This document shows positions 43,195-53,047 of a stretch of DNA of 64,000 nucleotides, in pieces (positions within the stretch are counted from its first letter, which is position 1; every line of letters begins with the position of its first letter). The notes under the pieces were generated by a model. It worked only from the letters and a program-made list of their open reading frames with translations, was not told the origin of the DNA and ran no database searches. This DNA comes from Candidatus Parcubacteria bacterium (GTDB lineage Bacteria > Patescibacteriota > Patescibacteriia > Patescibacteriales > BM507): NCBI GenBank assembly GCA_002869265.1, contig PKTH01000040.1, positions 5,120-69,119 on the forward strand, read 5' to 3'. Made by a program: the position numbers and the translations under genes.

Positions 43195-43413
43195 CTAGTC
43201 TTTTTTCAAATCTTTTTTTATTTTGATTATCCCGTATATTACATAAACAACAGACAATACAATCAAGGATAATGACAGCAACATTACTAATATTGAATCA
43301 TTCACATACCCAATTATCCCTATAAATATAAAAACAATAAATACAAATAAATATAGTCTTAAATATGGCCCGAAAAGGCCATCTATAAGTGAACCGAAAA
43401 TATCATCAATCAT
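43195..43413 (-). CDS. Small two-TM membrane protein (72 aa)
   Basis: Two hydrophobic helices (LRLYLFVFIVFIFIGIIGYV and MLLSLSLIVLSVVYVIYGII). Confidence 0.5.
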   Translation of the reverse strand: MIDDIFGSLIDGLFGPYLRLYLFVFIVFIFIGIIGYVNDSILVMLLSLSLIVLSVVYVIYGIIKIKKDLKKD

Positions 43414-43445
43414 TTTTCATTTATAACAATTTATATGGTAATTAT

Positions 43446-43478
43446 AACAAAAAAAGAGTATTCACAAAAGAATACTCT
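43446..43478 (-). terminator. Terminator after secY
   Basis: agagtattc/gaatactct 9-bp hairpin followed by a U-run on the minus strand. Confidence 0.75.
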
Positions 43479-43499
43479 TTTTATATATAAAAAAATGTT

Positions 43500-44774
43500 T
43501 TATAGTCCTTCGTATTCTCTCATCGTCAATTGTGACTCTATCTGTTTAACTGTTTCAATAACTACCGCTACCACAATCAGAAGACTGGTTCCTCCGATAG
43601 TAAGACCAGAAGCAACTCCTGGTAGAGCTTGTAAGATAAGAGGTAGAACCGCAATAGTTCCCAAGAAAAGAGCACCAACAAAGATGATTTTATGAGTGGT
43701 TTGTGCTAAGTATTCAGCAGTATTTTTACCCGGTCTAATTCCTGGAATAAATCCACCCTGTTTTTGAAGATTCTCTGCAATCCTGTCTGGATGAAAAATA
43801 ACTTAAGTGTAAAAATATGTAAAGGCGAATACTAACAAGAAATACAAGACACCATAAACAGTTTGGTTGGCAAAAACATCAATAATCCAAGCTGAAAAAT
43901 TTGCTATCCACTCTGTTTTAGCGTTCTCAAAAAATTGAGCAACCATTGTTGGAAACAACACAACCGAAATAGCGAAGATGATTGGGATAACACCAGCCAT
44001 ATTAACTCTCAAAGGAAGGTGTGTAGTTGTGCCACCAAATGATCGATTACCCCTAACTTGTTTGGCATACTGAACAGGTATATTTCTTTGCCCCTCCGTG
44101 ATCCAAACAACTCCCAAAACAGTTAAGATAGCAACAATTGAAAAGCCAATAATAGTTGTCAGTTGAGAGGGGTCGAAATTAACAACGATTTGTTGTAAGG
44201 TCTGCGGAAGGCTTGAAACGATACCAGCAAATATCAAAAGTGAAATACCGTTACCAATATTCTTCTCTGTAATAAGCTCACCAATCCACATCAAGAAAAC
44301 TGTTCCGGCTGTTATGGTTACCACCATAGCGAATATATCAAAAGAGGTAACATCAGTAAGGATGCCGGCGCTTGATCTTTTCAATAAGATTACCATTGAG
44401 AAGGCTTGCAGTGCTGCAAGCGGGACTGTGGCCCATCTGGTCCACATATTTATCTTTTGTCTTCCTGACTCTTCTTTTTGCATTTCCTCTAACTGCGGAA
44501 CAATCATGGCTAAAAGTTGAAATATAATTGATGATGTAATATATGGAGCAATTCCCATCATAACAACGGAAAAGTTAGCCATACTTCCACCAGAAAAAAC
44601 ATTCAAAAGACCTAAGACCTGATTACCTCCAAAAAACTCCTTCAAAGCAGTAACGTCAACTCCAGGAATAGGAATATGAGCCGCGAATCTGAAAATAACA
44701 AGCATTGATAAAACAAATAAAATATTATTTCTCAAATCTTTTACTTTCCAAATTTGGGCAATTTTATTTATCAT
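43500..44774 (-). pseudogene. secY: Preprotein translocase SecY, full length (424 codons) but with one in-frame TAA at codon 324 (43803-43805)
   Basis: The track ORF 43803-44774 ends ...[10 protein letters not shown]. The same frame continues directly with [32 protein letters not shown]...GGTSLLIVVAVVIETVKQIESQLTMREYEGL* (stop at 43500-43502). That continuation is the conserved SecY C-terminus. Confidence 0.85.
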
Positions 44775-44786
44775 GGGTTTAAAATA

Positions 44787-45254
44787 TTATTTTTTTGAGC
44801 TCTTTTCTTCTAGAGGAAGAACCTTTCCTCCTGCTTTCTCTATTTTAGCACGAGCAGTGTCACTTAGGCTAATATTTTGAAACTGAAGTTTCTTCACCTT
44901 TAGATCACCAATGGCCAAAATTTTAATTTTCCCTTTTTGATCACTTACTAAACCAACCTTACAAAGTGACTTAGCATTCACTAACTGACCTTCACTAAAG
45001 TATTTATTTAGATCGGTTACATTTACTACTTGTGCTTTTGGTTTAAGTGATTTAAATCCTCTAACCTTTGGAGTCCTTAGAAGAGTCTGCTTCATACCAA
45101 GTCTCTTAAGACCAGACACACCTGATCTTGCTTTCTGTCCCTTCATTCCTTTCCCACTATAGTTTCCATCACCTGAAGAATTACCCCTACCAAGTCTTTT
45201 TCTTTTTTTAGTGGCTCCAGTATCGCTTTTAATTGTATTCAATGATAACGCCAT
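44787..45254 (-). CDS. rplO: Ribosomal protein L15
   Basis: KRLGRGNSSG...GKGMKGQKARSG motif and operon position. Confidence 0.92.
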   Translation of the reverse strand: MALSLNTIKSDTGATKKRKRLGRGNSSGDGNYSGKGMKGQKARSGVSGLKRLGMKQTLLRTPKVRGFKSLKPKAQVVNVTDLNKYFSEGQLVNAKSLCKVGLVSDQKGKIKILAIGDLKVKKLQFQNISLSDTARAKIEKAGGKVLPLEEKSSKK

Positions 45255-45285
45255 AATATTTTTATATAATATAGTATAAGTTAAA

Positions 45286-46080
45286 TTATTTTTTCTCGCT
45301 AGCCTTCTTCGAAGCAGTCTTTTTTGCGGTTGGCTTCTTTGGGGCAGGCTTCTTTTCAGTCTTTTTTACTTCTTTCTTGGCTAAAGGTTTTTTAGCGGCC
45401 ACTTTTGGAGCCTCTTTATAATCCGCCTTCTTTTTTTCTTTCACTTCAACTTTTTTCATGCCAGCCAAAGCTTCAATTGTACATTTAGCAATACTGACCT
45501 TATTATTTGTTCCAAGAATTTTACTAGTAATATTGTTAACTCCTGCGAGCTCCAGAATAATACGCACAGCACCACCAGCAATCACACCCTTACCTTTTCT
45601 AGCTGGTTTAAATAAAATTTTAGCAGCACCTGTTTTTTGATAAACTTCGTGTGGAATAGTTTCATTTACAATTGAAACATCTACCAATTCTTTTTTAGCT
45701 TGGGCAACTGCTTTGGTAACAGCGATTGTAACGTCTGCTCCCTTAGCAAGACCAACACCAACCTTACCCTTTTTGTTACCAATAGCCACACATGCTCTAA
45801 ATCTCATTCTTTTTCCACCGGCCATAACACGAGTAACCCTGGCTAGGTCTACTATTTTTTGTTCAAATTCGTCTTGCGGTTTATCTCTTTCGAAATTCTT
45901 TCTTCTTTTTTTAGCGAATTTTTTTTCACCGTAAACTGACTTCCCTACTGCATCCTTGGCTACAACAGCCTTCTCACCAGCTTTAGCTACCGCCGCATCT
46001 TTTTTAACTGCGACATCTGCTTTTGGCTTTTCAACCAAAGCTTTATCCTTTGTTTCGGCTACTTTTTTTTCTTCTGCCAT
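45286..46080 (-). CDS. rpsE: Ribosomal protein S5 with long K/A-rich N- and C-terminal extensions
   Basis: Core RVTRVMAGGKRMRFRACVAIGNKKGKVGVGLAKG; 264 aa. Confidence 0.92.
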   Translation of the reverse strand: MAEEKKVAETKDKALVEKPKADVAVKKDAAVAKAGEKAVVAKDAVGKSVYGEKKFAKKRRKNFERDKPQDEFEQKIVDLARVTRVMAGGKRMRFRACVAIGNKKGKVGVGLAKGADVTIAVTKAVAQAKKELVDVSIVNETIPHEVYQKTGAAKILFKPARKGKGVIAGGAVRIILELAGVNNITSKILGTNNKVSIAKCTIEALAGMKKVEVKEKKKADYKEAPKVAAKKPLAKKEVKKTEKKPAPKKPTAKKTASKKASEKK

Positions 46081-46107
46081 ATTATATTACCTATTTATAA
46101 TTATTAT

Positions 46108-46464
46108 TTAAAATTTCAAACCACCTTCCCTAGCACCACTTGCTAAAGATTCAATTCTTCCATGATACTTATAAGATCCCTTATCAAAAACAGCTGAAGA
46201 TATTTTCTTTTCGACTGCCTTTTTAGCTAAAAGCTTTCCTATCTCAAAACTTACTGCTTTTTTATCTCCATCAGCCTTAACCTCTTTTGAATTAACACTA
46301 ACCAAAGTAAACCCTTTTGTATCATCAATTAATTGAACAAACATCCCTTTGTTTGATTTAAAAACAGAAATTCTTGGCCTCTCAGATGTGCCAGATATTT
46401 TTGCTCTTATCCTAGCATGCCTTCTCTGCTTTTTGATTTGCTTATTTTTTTCTTTATTGCTCAT
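46108..46464 (-). CDS. rplR: Ribosomal protein L18
   Basis: RRHARIRAKISGTSERPRISVFKSNK...YHGRIESLASGAREGGLKF. Confidence 0.92.
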   Translation of the reverse strand: MSNKEKNKQIKKQRRHARIRAKISGTSERPRISVFKSNKGMFVQLIDDTKGFTLVSVNSKEVKADGDKKAVSFEIGKLLAKKAVEKKISSAVFDKGSYKYHGRIESLASGAREGGLKF

Positions 46465-46481
46465 ATTAAAAATTTAAATTA

Positions 46482-47027
46482 TTAATCTGCCTTACCAGCT
46501 GCCTTACCAACCTTTCTTCTAATTTGTTCGTCGATATATTTTATTCCTTTTCCTTTGTATGGTTCTGGTTTTTTAACTTTTCTTATTTGGGCGGCTGTTT
46601 CACCAACTAGTTGTTTATCAATCCCAGAAACTGAAATAACATTTCCTTCAACTTGGGCTGTAATACCTTCTGGAATTTCAAAATCTACTTGATGAGAAAA
46701 CCCAACATTTAAAACAAGTTTTTTTCCTTGTAGCGCTGCTTTATAACCAACACCGTTTATTTCTAATTTTTTTTCAAAACCTTCATTTACACCTACAACC
46801 ATATTGTTTATCAGGCTTCTATAAAGACCCCAGAATGCTTTTTCCTTCTTAACATCAGGATTTTTAACGCTAACAACGATTTCTTTTTCAGAAATATCAA
46901 TATTTACGGCCTTATTGGTTTTTTCCTTAAGCTCCCCTTTTGCCCCTTTTATTAATATAAAATCTCCCTCAATCTTAGCTTGAGTCCCTTGGGGTAATTC
47001 AATTGGTAATTTTCCTAATCTAGACAT
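46482..47027 (-). CDS. rplF: Ribosomal protein L6
   Basis: MSRLGKLPIELPQG...; two-domain L6 pattern. Confidence 0.92.
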   Translation of the reverse strand: MSRLGKLPIELPQGTQAKIEGDFILIKGAKGELKEKTNKAVNIDISEKEIVVSVKNPDVKKEKAFWGLYRSLINNMVVGVNEGFEKKLEINGVGYKAALQGKKLVLNVGFSHQVDFEIPEGITAQVEGNVISVSGIDKQLVGETAAQIRKVKKPEPYKGKGIKYIDEQIRRKVGKAAGKAD

Positions 47028-47050
47028 AATATTATAATTAAACTATTTAT

Positions 47051-47461
47051 TTAATAAACCTCACAAATAACTTCACCGCCAACCTTATTCTTGTTTGCCT
47101 GCTTATTTGTCATAACACCTTGAGAAGTTGAAATTATTGCGATTCCCAAATTATTTAAAACTTTTGGAAGATTGTCTTTTGTAACATAAACTCTTAGGCC
47201 TGGCTTACTAACCCTTTTGATTCTGTTAATTACTGATTTTCCGCTTTTTTTGTATTTCAAAGATATCTTAAGTTCATCAAAATTTGATTTTGAGTTATCT
47301 TTTGAGGCTTTAACTGTCTCTACTTTCTGTATCCAACCTTCTTGTTCCAAAATTTTGGCAACCCGAAGCTTAAGCTTACTCATAGGCATGGTCACATCAG
47401 TTTTGTTTACAGCTGAAGCATTTCTTATTCTTGTTAACATGTCTCCAATAGGGTCTGTCAT
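47051..47461 (-). CDS. rpsH: Ribosomal protein S8
   Basis: MTDPIGDMLTRIRNA... Confidence 0.92.
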   Translation of the reverse strand: MTDPIGDMLTRIRNASAVNKTDVTMPMSKLKLRVAKILEQEGWIQKVETVKASKDNSKSNFDELKISLKYKKSGKSVINRIKRVSKPGLRVYVTKDNLPKVLNNLGIAIISTSQGVMTNKQANKNKVGGEVICEVY

Positions 47462-47509
47462 ATTTTTATATAAATTACTTATTTATTATATTGAAAATCT
47501 TAATAAAGA

Positions 47510-47695
47510 TTACCAAGAAGATCTTGTTACTCCTGGTAAATCACCATTTTCTGCCAATTCACGAAAACAGATTCTACATAAGTTAAAGTCTCTCATGTAA
47601 GAATGGTTTCTTCCGCACTTCCAGCATCTTCTAACAATTCTTGTTGAAAACTTTGGAGTCTTTTTTGATTTTGCAATTAAAGCTTTTCTAGCCAT
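47510..47695 (-). CDS. rpsN: Ribosomal protein S14, zinc-binding type Z
   Basis: 61 aa; CWKCGRN...CRICFRE CxxC pairs. Confidence 0.92.
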   Translation of the reverse strand: MARKALIAKSKKTPKFSTRIVRRCWKCGRNHSYMRDFNLCRICFRELAENGDLPGVTRSSW

Positions 47696-47711
47696 ACTTA
47701 TTTTATTAAAA

Positions 47712-48272
47712 TTATTTATTATCTTTCACAAAGGGGAATCCCAAAAGTGTGAATAATTCTAGCCCCTCATCTCTTGTTTTAGCACTTGTTGAGATACAAA
47801 CCTCTAACCCGTGTAGTTTTTCCAACTCTTCTACCCTCACCTCTGGAAATGCTGAATTCTCTTTAAAACCGATAGTTATATTCCCTGTTCTATCAATCCC
47901 TTTATTGGTAATACCTCTAAAGTCTCTAACTCTTGGGAAAGTAACATTTATTAATTTATCTAAAAAATCATACATCTTTTCACCTCTTAGTGTAACCTTC
48001 GCTCCAATGGTCATTCCTTCTCTAACCTTAAATGATGAAACTGACATTCTAGCCTTGGTCAAAACTGGTTTCTGTCCTGAAATCAATGATAGAGTGTTCT
48101 CTACATTTTTTATATAATCTTTTTCTTTTGAGTGTCTACCGAAGCCAACATTTAAAACAACCTTCTGAAGTTTTGGTGCTTCTAGGTTATTTTTATATTG
48201 AAATTTTTCAACCAATTTTGGTAAAACTTCTTTTGTGTATAATTCTTTCATTCTCATATTTTCATTTGACAT
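47712..48272 (-). CDS. rplE: Ribosomal protein L5
   Basis: KVVLNVGFG...RDFRG... pattern and operon position. Confidence 0.92.
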   Translation of the reverse strand: MSNENMRMKELYTKEVLPKLVEKFQYKNNLEAPKLQKVVLNVGFGRHSKEKDYIKNVENTLSLISGQKPVLTKARMSVSSFKVREGMTIGAKVTLRGEKMYDFLDKLINVTFPRVRDFRGITNKGIDRTGNITIGFKENSAFPEVRVEELEKLHGLEVCISTSAKTRDEGLELFTLLGFPFVKDNK

Positions 48273-48319
48273 TACCTATAAGATTTTCCCTATAGGGACT
48301 TGCCTTTAAATTTTTCAAA

Positions 48320-48652
48320 TTAACTTAATGCTTGATCGCATTTTTTACAATATCTCACTTTATTTTTTACTTTTTTCCCTTCCTTCTCAAGCTCAATGTA
48401 CTTATACGCAACCCTAGCTGGTTTATTACATTTTGGACAAACCAACATTAGATTAGAAATATTCATTGGTGCTGGGAATTCTATTCTTTGTCCTTGTTCT
48501 CCTTGTCTTCTTGGTCTTAGATGCTTAATCAAAAGATTTATTCCTTCAATGCTTGCTCTTTGCTTTTGTGGAAATACCTGTAAAACCTTACCTGTTTTCC
48601 CTTTATCTTTCCCGGCTAAGACTTTTACTTTATCACCTTTAATTATTTTCAT
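48320..48652 (-). CDS. rplX: Ribosomal protein L24 with CxxC...CxxC C-terminal region
   Basis: KOW motif GDKVKVLAGKDKGKTGKV; CPKCNKP...CKKCDQ. Confidence 0.9.
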   Translation of the reverse strand: MKIIKGDKVKVLAGKDKGKTGKVLQVFPQKQRASIEGINLLIKHLRPRRQGEQGQRIEFPAPMNISNLMLVCPKCNKPARVAYKYIELEKEGKKVKNKVRYCKKCDQALS

Positions 48653-48674
48653 ATTATTAAAAATTTATTTATTC

Positions 48675-49046
48675 TTACAAAACCTCAGGAGCAAGTGAAG
48701 CGATTTTAAAATAACCTGCTCTTCTTACCTCACGAGCGATTGGACCAAAGATTCTAGTTGCTTTTGGCTCCTTCTTTTCTTTATCAATAATAACGCAAGC
48801 GTTATCATCAAATCTCAAATATGTACCATCTACTCTTCTGATTTCTTTTTTTGTTCTTACGATAACTGCTTTTACCACATCTCCTTTTTTAATAGCAGTA
48901 TGAGGAGTTGCTGCCTTTACGGCGCAAGTAACAACTTCTCCAACACGAGCATATCTTTTTTTATACCCACCATGCACTCTGATAACTAACACTTCTTTTG
49001 CGCCAGAATTATCAGCTACTTTAATTCTTGATTCTACTTGTATCAT
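48675..49046 (-). CDS. rplN: Ribosomal protein L14
   Basis: [18 protein letters not shown]... Confidence 0.93.
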   Translation of the reverse strand: MIQVESRIKVADNSGAKEVLVIRVHGGYKKRYARVGEVVTCAVKAATPHTAIKKGDVVKAVIVRTKKEIRRVDGTYLRFDDNACVIIDKEKKEPKATRIFGPIAREVRRAGYFKIASLAPEVL

Positions 49047-49091
49047 ATATTTTAATTACAATTGAATTTAACGATTACTAAATTCTAAAAA

Positions 49092-49349
49092 CTAATTACT
49101 AATTACTCTCCATTTTTTATCCTTACTCAAAGGTCTGCATTCGACAAAAGACACTTTATCATCAACCTTATATTGGTTCTTTTCATCATGGACTTTGTAT
49201 TTTTTTGATGAAGTGTATCTTTTTTTGTATTTTGGATGGATCTTTACGCTATCTACCTTAACCACAATAGTTTTGTCCTGCAAATCGCTTACAACGACTC
49301 CATCAAATTTTTTCTTTATAGCTTTTTTTTCAACTTGCTTGTTAGTCAT
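49092..49349 (-). CDS. rpsQ: Ribosomal protein S17
   Basis: GVVVSDLQDKTIVVKV...HPKYKKR...KYKVHDE... Confidence 0.92.
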   Translation of the reverse strand: MTNKQVEKKAIKKKFDGVVVSDLQDKTIVVKVDSVKIHPKYKKRYTSSKKYKVHDEKNQYKVDDKVSFVECRPLSKDKKWRVISN

Positions 49350-49374
49350 AAATTTATTCTTTAACTTGAATTTA

Positions 49375-49608
49375 TTATTTTTTCTCTTCCTTAGTTTCTT
49401 CCTTAACCTCTGGAGTTGAAGAGTTTTTCTTCAAGTTAAGCAATGTTAATATTCTTGCCACGGTTTTTTTACCTTCTCTAATCTCTCTAATATTTTTCAA
49501 TTGCTTATTAGCATCTTTAAACCTTAAATCTCTTAGTTTATCTCTAGTTTCAGCAAGGATTTGGTGTAAATCACCTTCCTTTTTTTTCTTTAAATCTTTT
49601 GTTTCCAT
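49375..49608 (-). CDS. rpmC: Ribosomal protein L29
   Basis: LRDLRFKDANKQLKNIREIREGKKTVARILT. Confidence 0.9.
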   Translation of the reverse strand: METKDLKKKKEGDLHQILAETRDKLRDLRFKDANKQLKNIREIREGKKTVARILTLLNLKKNSSTPEVKEETKEEKK

Positions 49609-49618
49609 ATATTTTTCT

Positions 49619-50026
49619 TTATTCTTTAGAAATAAACTTGCATTTTACTGGAAGTTTATAGGCTGCTAGTTCCATAGCTTCTTTAGCCATTGTTTTATCT
49701 ACACCATCCATTTCAAATAGAATTGTTCCTGGTTTTACAACTGCCACATAGTGATCAACAGCACCCTTCCCTTTACCCATAGGAATCTCGCCACCTTTTA
49801 CAGTTCTTGGGATATGAGGGAAAACTCTGATCCAGATCTTTCCGCCTCTTTTTGTAAATCTAGTCATAACCCTTCTGGCTGCCTCAATTTGTCTAGCTGT
49901 CAACCAATGAGCGCCTTGAGATTGAAGACCAAAACTACCAAAACTGACATTTGTTTTTCTTGTTGCGTTTCCACCTCTTTTTGGGGCGTGTGACTTTCTA
50001 TATTTAGTTTTTTTTGGCATCAACAT
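49619..50026 (-). CDS. rplP: Ribosomal protein L16
   Basis: MLMPKKTKYRKSH...GSFGLQS... Confidence 0.93.
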   Translation of the reverse strand: MLMPKKTKYRKSHAPKRGGNATRKTNVSFGSFGLQSQGAHWLTARQIEAARRVMTRFTKRGGKIWIRVFPHIPRTVKGGEIPMGKGKGAVDHYVAVVKPGTILFEMDGVDKTMAKEAMELAAYKLPVKCKFISKE

Positions 50027-50052
50027 ATATTATCTCTATGTTACTTAATAAT

Positions 50053-50745
50053 TTATTTTCTCTTTTTTCCAAGAACCTCACCCTTTGCCTCTTCTTTGTT
50101 TTTTTCAAAAACGGTTCCTTTGTAAATCCAAACTTTTATTCCAATTGCTCCAAAAGTAGTATTGGCAACCCCTCTAGAATAATCAATATCTGCTCTTAGG
50201 GTATGAAGAGGAACTTTTCCTGATGAAAGCTTTTCTGCTCTTGCAATTTCAGCTCCGTTCAATCTTCCTGCAACCTCTACTTTAACTCCAAGTGCTCCTG
50301 CTCTCTCCACTCTATTGATTGCCTGTTTCATAACTCTTCTAAAAGGCATTCTCTTCTCGATCTCTAGGGCCATTTGTTGTAATACAATCTGAGATGAAAG
50401 ACTTGGTCTATCTACTTCGAAAATGTTTAGGTTAATATCTCCTGGTCTAAAATTCTTTAAAAATTTAGAATGGATTTTTTTCTTTAAATCTTCAGCTCCT
50501 GTTCCACCTCTTCCGATTATTACACCCGGCTTAGCAGTGTGAATAGAAACATTTACTTTCTTTGCATTTCTTTCAACCTCTACCCTATCAACTCCAGCTT
50601 CTCTCAATTCCTTTACCAAATATCTCTTTACTTTAATATCCTGCTCAAGATCTCGAGCATAAGCTTGTCCGGTATTAAACCATTTTGAAGTCCAAGCTTT
50701 TGTAATTGATATTCTAAATATTTTTGGATTTATTTTTTTACCCAT
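50053..50745 (-). CDS. rpsC: Ribosomal protein S3
   Basis: MGKKINPKIFRISITKAWTSKWF; KH domain. Confidence 0.93.
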   Translation of the reverse strand: MGKKINPKIFRISITKAWTSKWFNTGQAYARDLEQDIKVKRYLVKELREAGVDRVEVERNAKKVNVSIHTAKPGVIIGRGGTGAEDLKKKIHSKFLKNFRPGDINLNIFEVDRPSLSSQIVLQQMALEIEKRMPFRRVMKQAINRVERAGALGVKVEVAGRLNGAEIARAEKLSSGKVPLHTLRADIDYSRGVANTTFGAIGIKVWIYKGTVFEKNKEEAKGEVLGKKRK

Positions 50746-50772
50746 ATTTATTATTAAAATTATATTTATTAT

Positions 50773-51363
50773 TTATCCACTTTTTCTTCTGAATACTTTT
50801 CCAGCAAACCCCTTAGATGAGCCACCTTCAATTTTAGCATTTTTACCATGTCCTTCTCCTCTTGGATCAACTATTTTTTCTGCTGCAAGGTCTTCAGTTT
50901 TCTTAGTTGGGCTTTCTTCTTTCTTCTTAGCTGCTGTTGGCTTCTTTTCTTCTTTTGCTTCCTTCGGTTGCTCTCCTAGTTTAATAGGTGCTTCAATCTT
51001 TTGTTTTTTAGCTTCTTTTTTACCACTATCTTTAAGTTCTCCAAGAACCAGGCTAATATGACTTGTTCTTTTTCTAATCGGAGTAGCTCTTCCGTGAGCT
51101 CTAGGCATCCATCTTTTTAGTGTTGCTCCTTCGTTAACAGTGATTTCTTTTACAAAAAGATTATCTTTTGAAAGCTCATAGGTGTTTTCAGCATTTGCGA
51201 TTGCAGAATTTATTAATTTAATAACAGGTTTAGTTACTCTCTTATTAACAAATTGCAATTGGTCAAGCGCTTTTTCAACCTGCATTCCACGAACAATGTC
51301 TACAACCAATCTGGCCTTTCTTGCTGAGGTTCTCAAGTTTTTAACGTTTGCTTTTATTTCCAT
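50773..51363 (-). CDS. rplV: Ribosomal protein L22 with ~85-aa K/E-rich C-terminal extension
   Basis: NLRTSARKARLVVDIVRG...; extension KKEAKKQKIEAP... Confidence 0.92.
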   Translation of the reverse strand: MEIKANVKNLRTSARKARLVVDIVRGMQVEKALDQLQFVNKRVTKPVIKLINSAIANAENTYELSKDNLFVKEITVNEGATLKRWMPRAHGRATPIRKRTSHISLVLGELKDSGKKEAKKQKIEAPIKLGEQPKEAKEEKKPTAAKKKEESPTKKTEDLAAEKIVDPRGEGHGKNAKIEGGSSKGFAGKVFRRKSG

Positions 51364-51404
51364 ATATTTATATTAATCAATTTTCTAATTCTCTATATTC
51401 TCAA

Positions 51405-51680
51405 TTATTTTTGGGCTTTTGCCATTTTACCTCCATGACTAACAAATTTTCTAGTCGGAGCAAATTCACCCAGCTTATGTCCAACCATATTCTCTGTTAT
51501 ATAAACAGGAGCATGTGCCCTGCCGTTATGAACACCAAAAGTAAAACCAACCATTTCGGGTGTAATTGAACTAGCTCTATCCCAAACCTTGTGGACAGTC
51601 TTATCACCAGGTTGCATAGCTTCCACTTTTTTCTGTAATCTCTCGTTTACATATGGGCCCTTTTTTAAACTTCTTGACAT
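51405..51680 (-). CDS. rpsS: Ribosomal protein S19
   Basis: [11 protein letters not shown]... Confidence 0.93.
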   Translation of the reverse strand: MSRSLKKGPYVNERLQKKVEAMQPGDKTVHKVWDRASSITPEMVGFTFGVHNGRAHAPVYITENMVGHKLGEFAPTRKFVSHGGKMAKAQK

Positions 51681-51704
51681 ATATATTACTTATAATTAAT
51701 TTAA

Positions 51705-52547
51705 TTATTTTTTCTTTCTCTTTCTTCTTTGGATAATCAATTTATCTGAAGGTTTTGATTTTTTTCTAGTCTTTACCCCTAGAGCTGGTTTACCCCAAGG
51801 AGTTTTCGGATGTTTCATACCAATCGGTTGATTACCTTCACCACCACCATGTGGATGATCAACTGGGTTCATAGCAGAACCACGAACAGTTGGTCTAATT
51901 CCTAGATGTCTCTTTCTCCCTGCTGAACCTAGTTTAACATGTCTTTTATCAGCGTTTGAAACAGCCCCTATCGTACACATTGAACCTTTCTTAACAAGTC
52001 TAATTTCACCTGAAGGAAGCTTTAATTGAGCAAATTTTCCTTCTACTCCCATAACATAAAGTGCATTACCTGCTCCTCTTGCTAACTTTGCACCATGTCC
52101 TGGTTCAATCTCAACACAAGAGACTGCTACACCGGCTGGGATAAATTCAAGAGGCATCGCATTCCCTTCTTTGATAGTAATCTTTTTTGCTGAGCTTAAA
52201 ACTTCATCACCAACTTTAAGTTTAGCTGGCTTAATAATATATCTCTTCTCGCCATCCTTATAGTTCAATAGAGCAATTCTAGCACCTCTATTTGGATCAT
52301 ACTCGATGCTTGCAACAGTAGCCGGAATCTCTAGTTTATCTCTTTTTAAGTCAATAATTCTAATAGCTCTTTTAGCACCACCACCTCTGTGTCTAATAGT
52401 AATTTTACCTTGATTATTTCTTCCACCACTTCTTTTTTTAGCAACTACCAATCTTTTTTCTGGTGTTGTTTTTGTGATATCAGCAAAATCATCAAAACTC
52501 GCGTTTCGTCTTCCTGGTGTGGTTGGTTTTACTTTTTTAATACCCAT
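51705..52547 (-). CDS. rplB: Ribosomal protein L2
   Basis: ...[12 protein letters not shown]... Confidence 0.95.
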   Translation of the reverse strand: MGIKKVKPTTPGRRNASFDDFADITKTTPEKRLVVAKKRSGGRNNQGKITIRHRGGGAKRAIRIIDLKRDKLEIPATVASIEYDPNRGARIALLNYKDGEKRYIIKPAKLKVGDEVLSSAKKITIKEGNAMPLEFIPAGVAVSCVEIEPGHGAKLARGAGNALYVMGVEGKFAQLKLPSGEIRLVKKGSMCTIGAVSNADKRHVKLGSAGRKRHLGIRPTVRGSAMNPVDHPHGGGEGNQPIGMKHPKTPWGKPALGVKTRKKSKPSDKLIIQRRKRKKK

Positions 52548-52591
52548 ATTATTTAATTACCTTTTATTTCTAAATCTATTTTTAAAAAATT

Positions 52592-53023
52592 TTATACTCC
52601 CTCGTAAATGTTAATAGTTTTCCCTTTAGGAAGAGTGACTACTGCTTTTTTCCAGCTTTTTCTTTTTCCAAGATTTCTTCCATATCTAACCTTTTTGCCC
52701 TTCATATTTATAACATTTACAGCCTCGGGCTTGATGCCATAAATTTCTTCAATTGCCCTGGCTATGGAAATCTTATTTGAATCAACTGATACTTCAAATG
52801 TATATTTACCAATAACACCCTCAGTACTTGCTTTTTCAGTAATCAACGGTTTAACCAAAACCTTATAAGCTTCTCCAAATTTTCTGTCCTTATCAGCTTT
52901 TTTAGTTTCTTTTGCACCACCCTCATAAAGGTCTTTCATTGACTCTTTTTTGTTCGATGGCTTTGCTGCAGCTTTTTTGTCTTCCTTTTTATCTTGATCT
53001 GCTTTTTTATTAAATATACCCAT
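52592..53023 (-). CDS. rplW: Ribosomal protein L23 with K-rich N-terminal extension (start uncertain)
   Basis: Core YKVLVKPLITEKAS... Confidence 0.88.
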   Translation of the reverse strand: MGIFNKKADQDKKEDKKAAAKPSNKKESMKDLYEGGAKETKKADKDRKFGEAYKVLVKPLITEKASTEGVIGKYTFEVSVDSNKISIARAIEEIYGIKPEAVNVINMKGKKVRYGRNLGKRKSWKKAVVTLPKGKTINIYEGV

Positions 53024-53047
53024 ATATCAATTTATTCTTAAAAATAT

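Noticed and set aside
43435-43695. Plus-strand 86-aa ORF downstream of the truncated secY ORF
   Set aside because: It is antisense to the conserved SecY C-terminal 100 codons, which continue in frame after the TAA.
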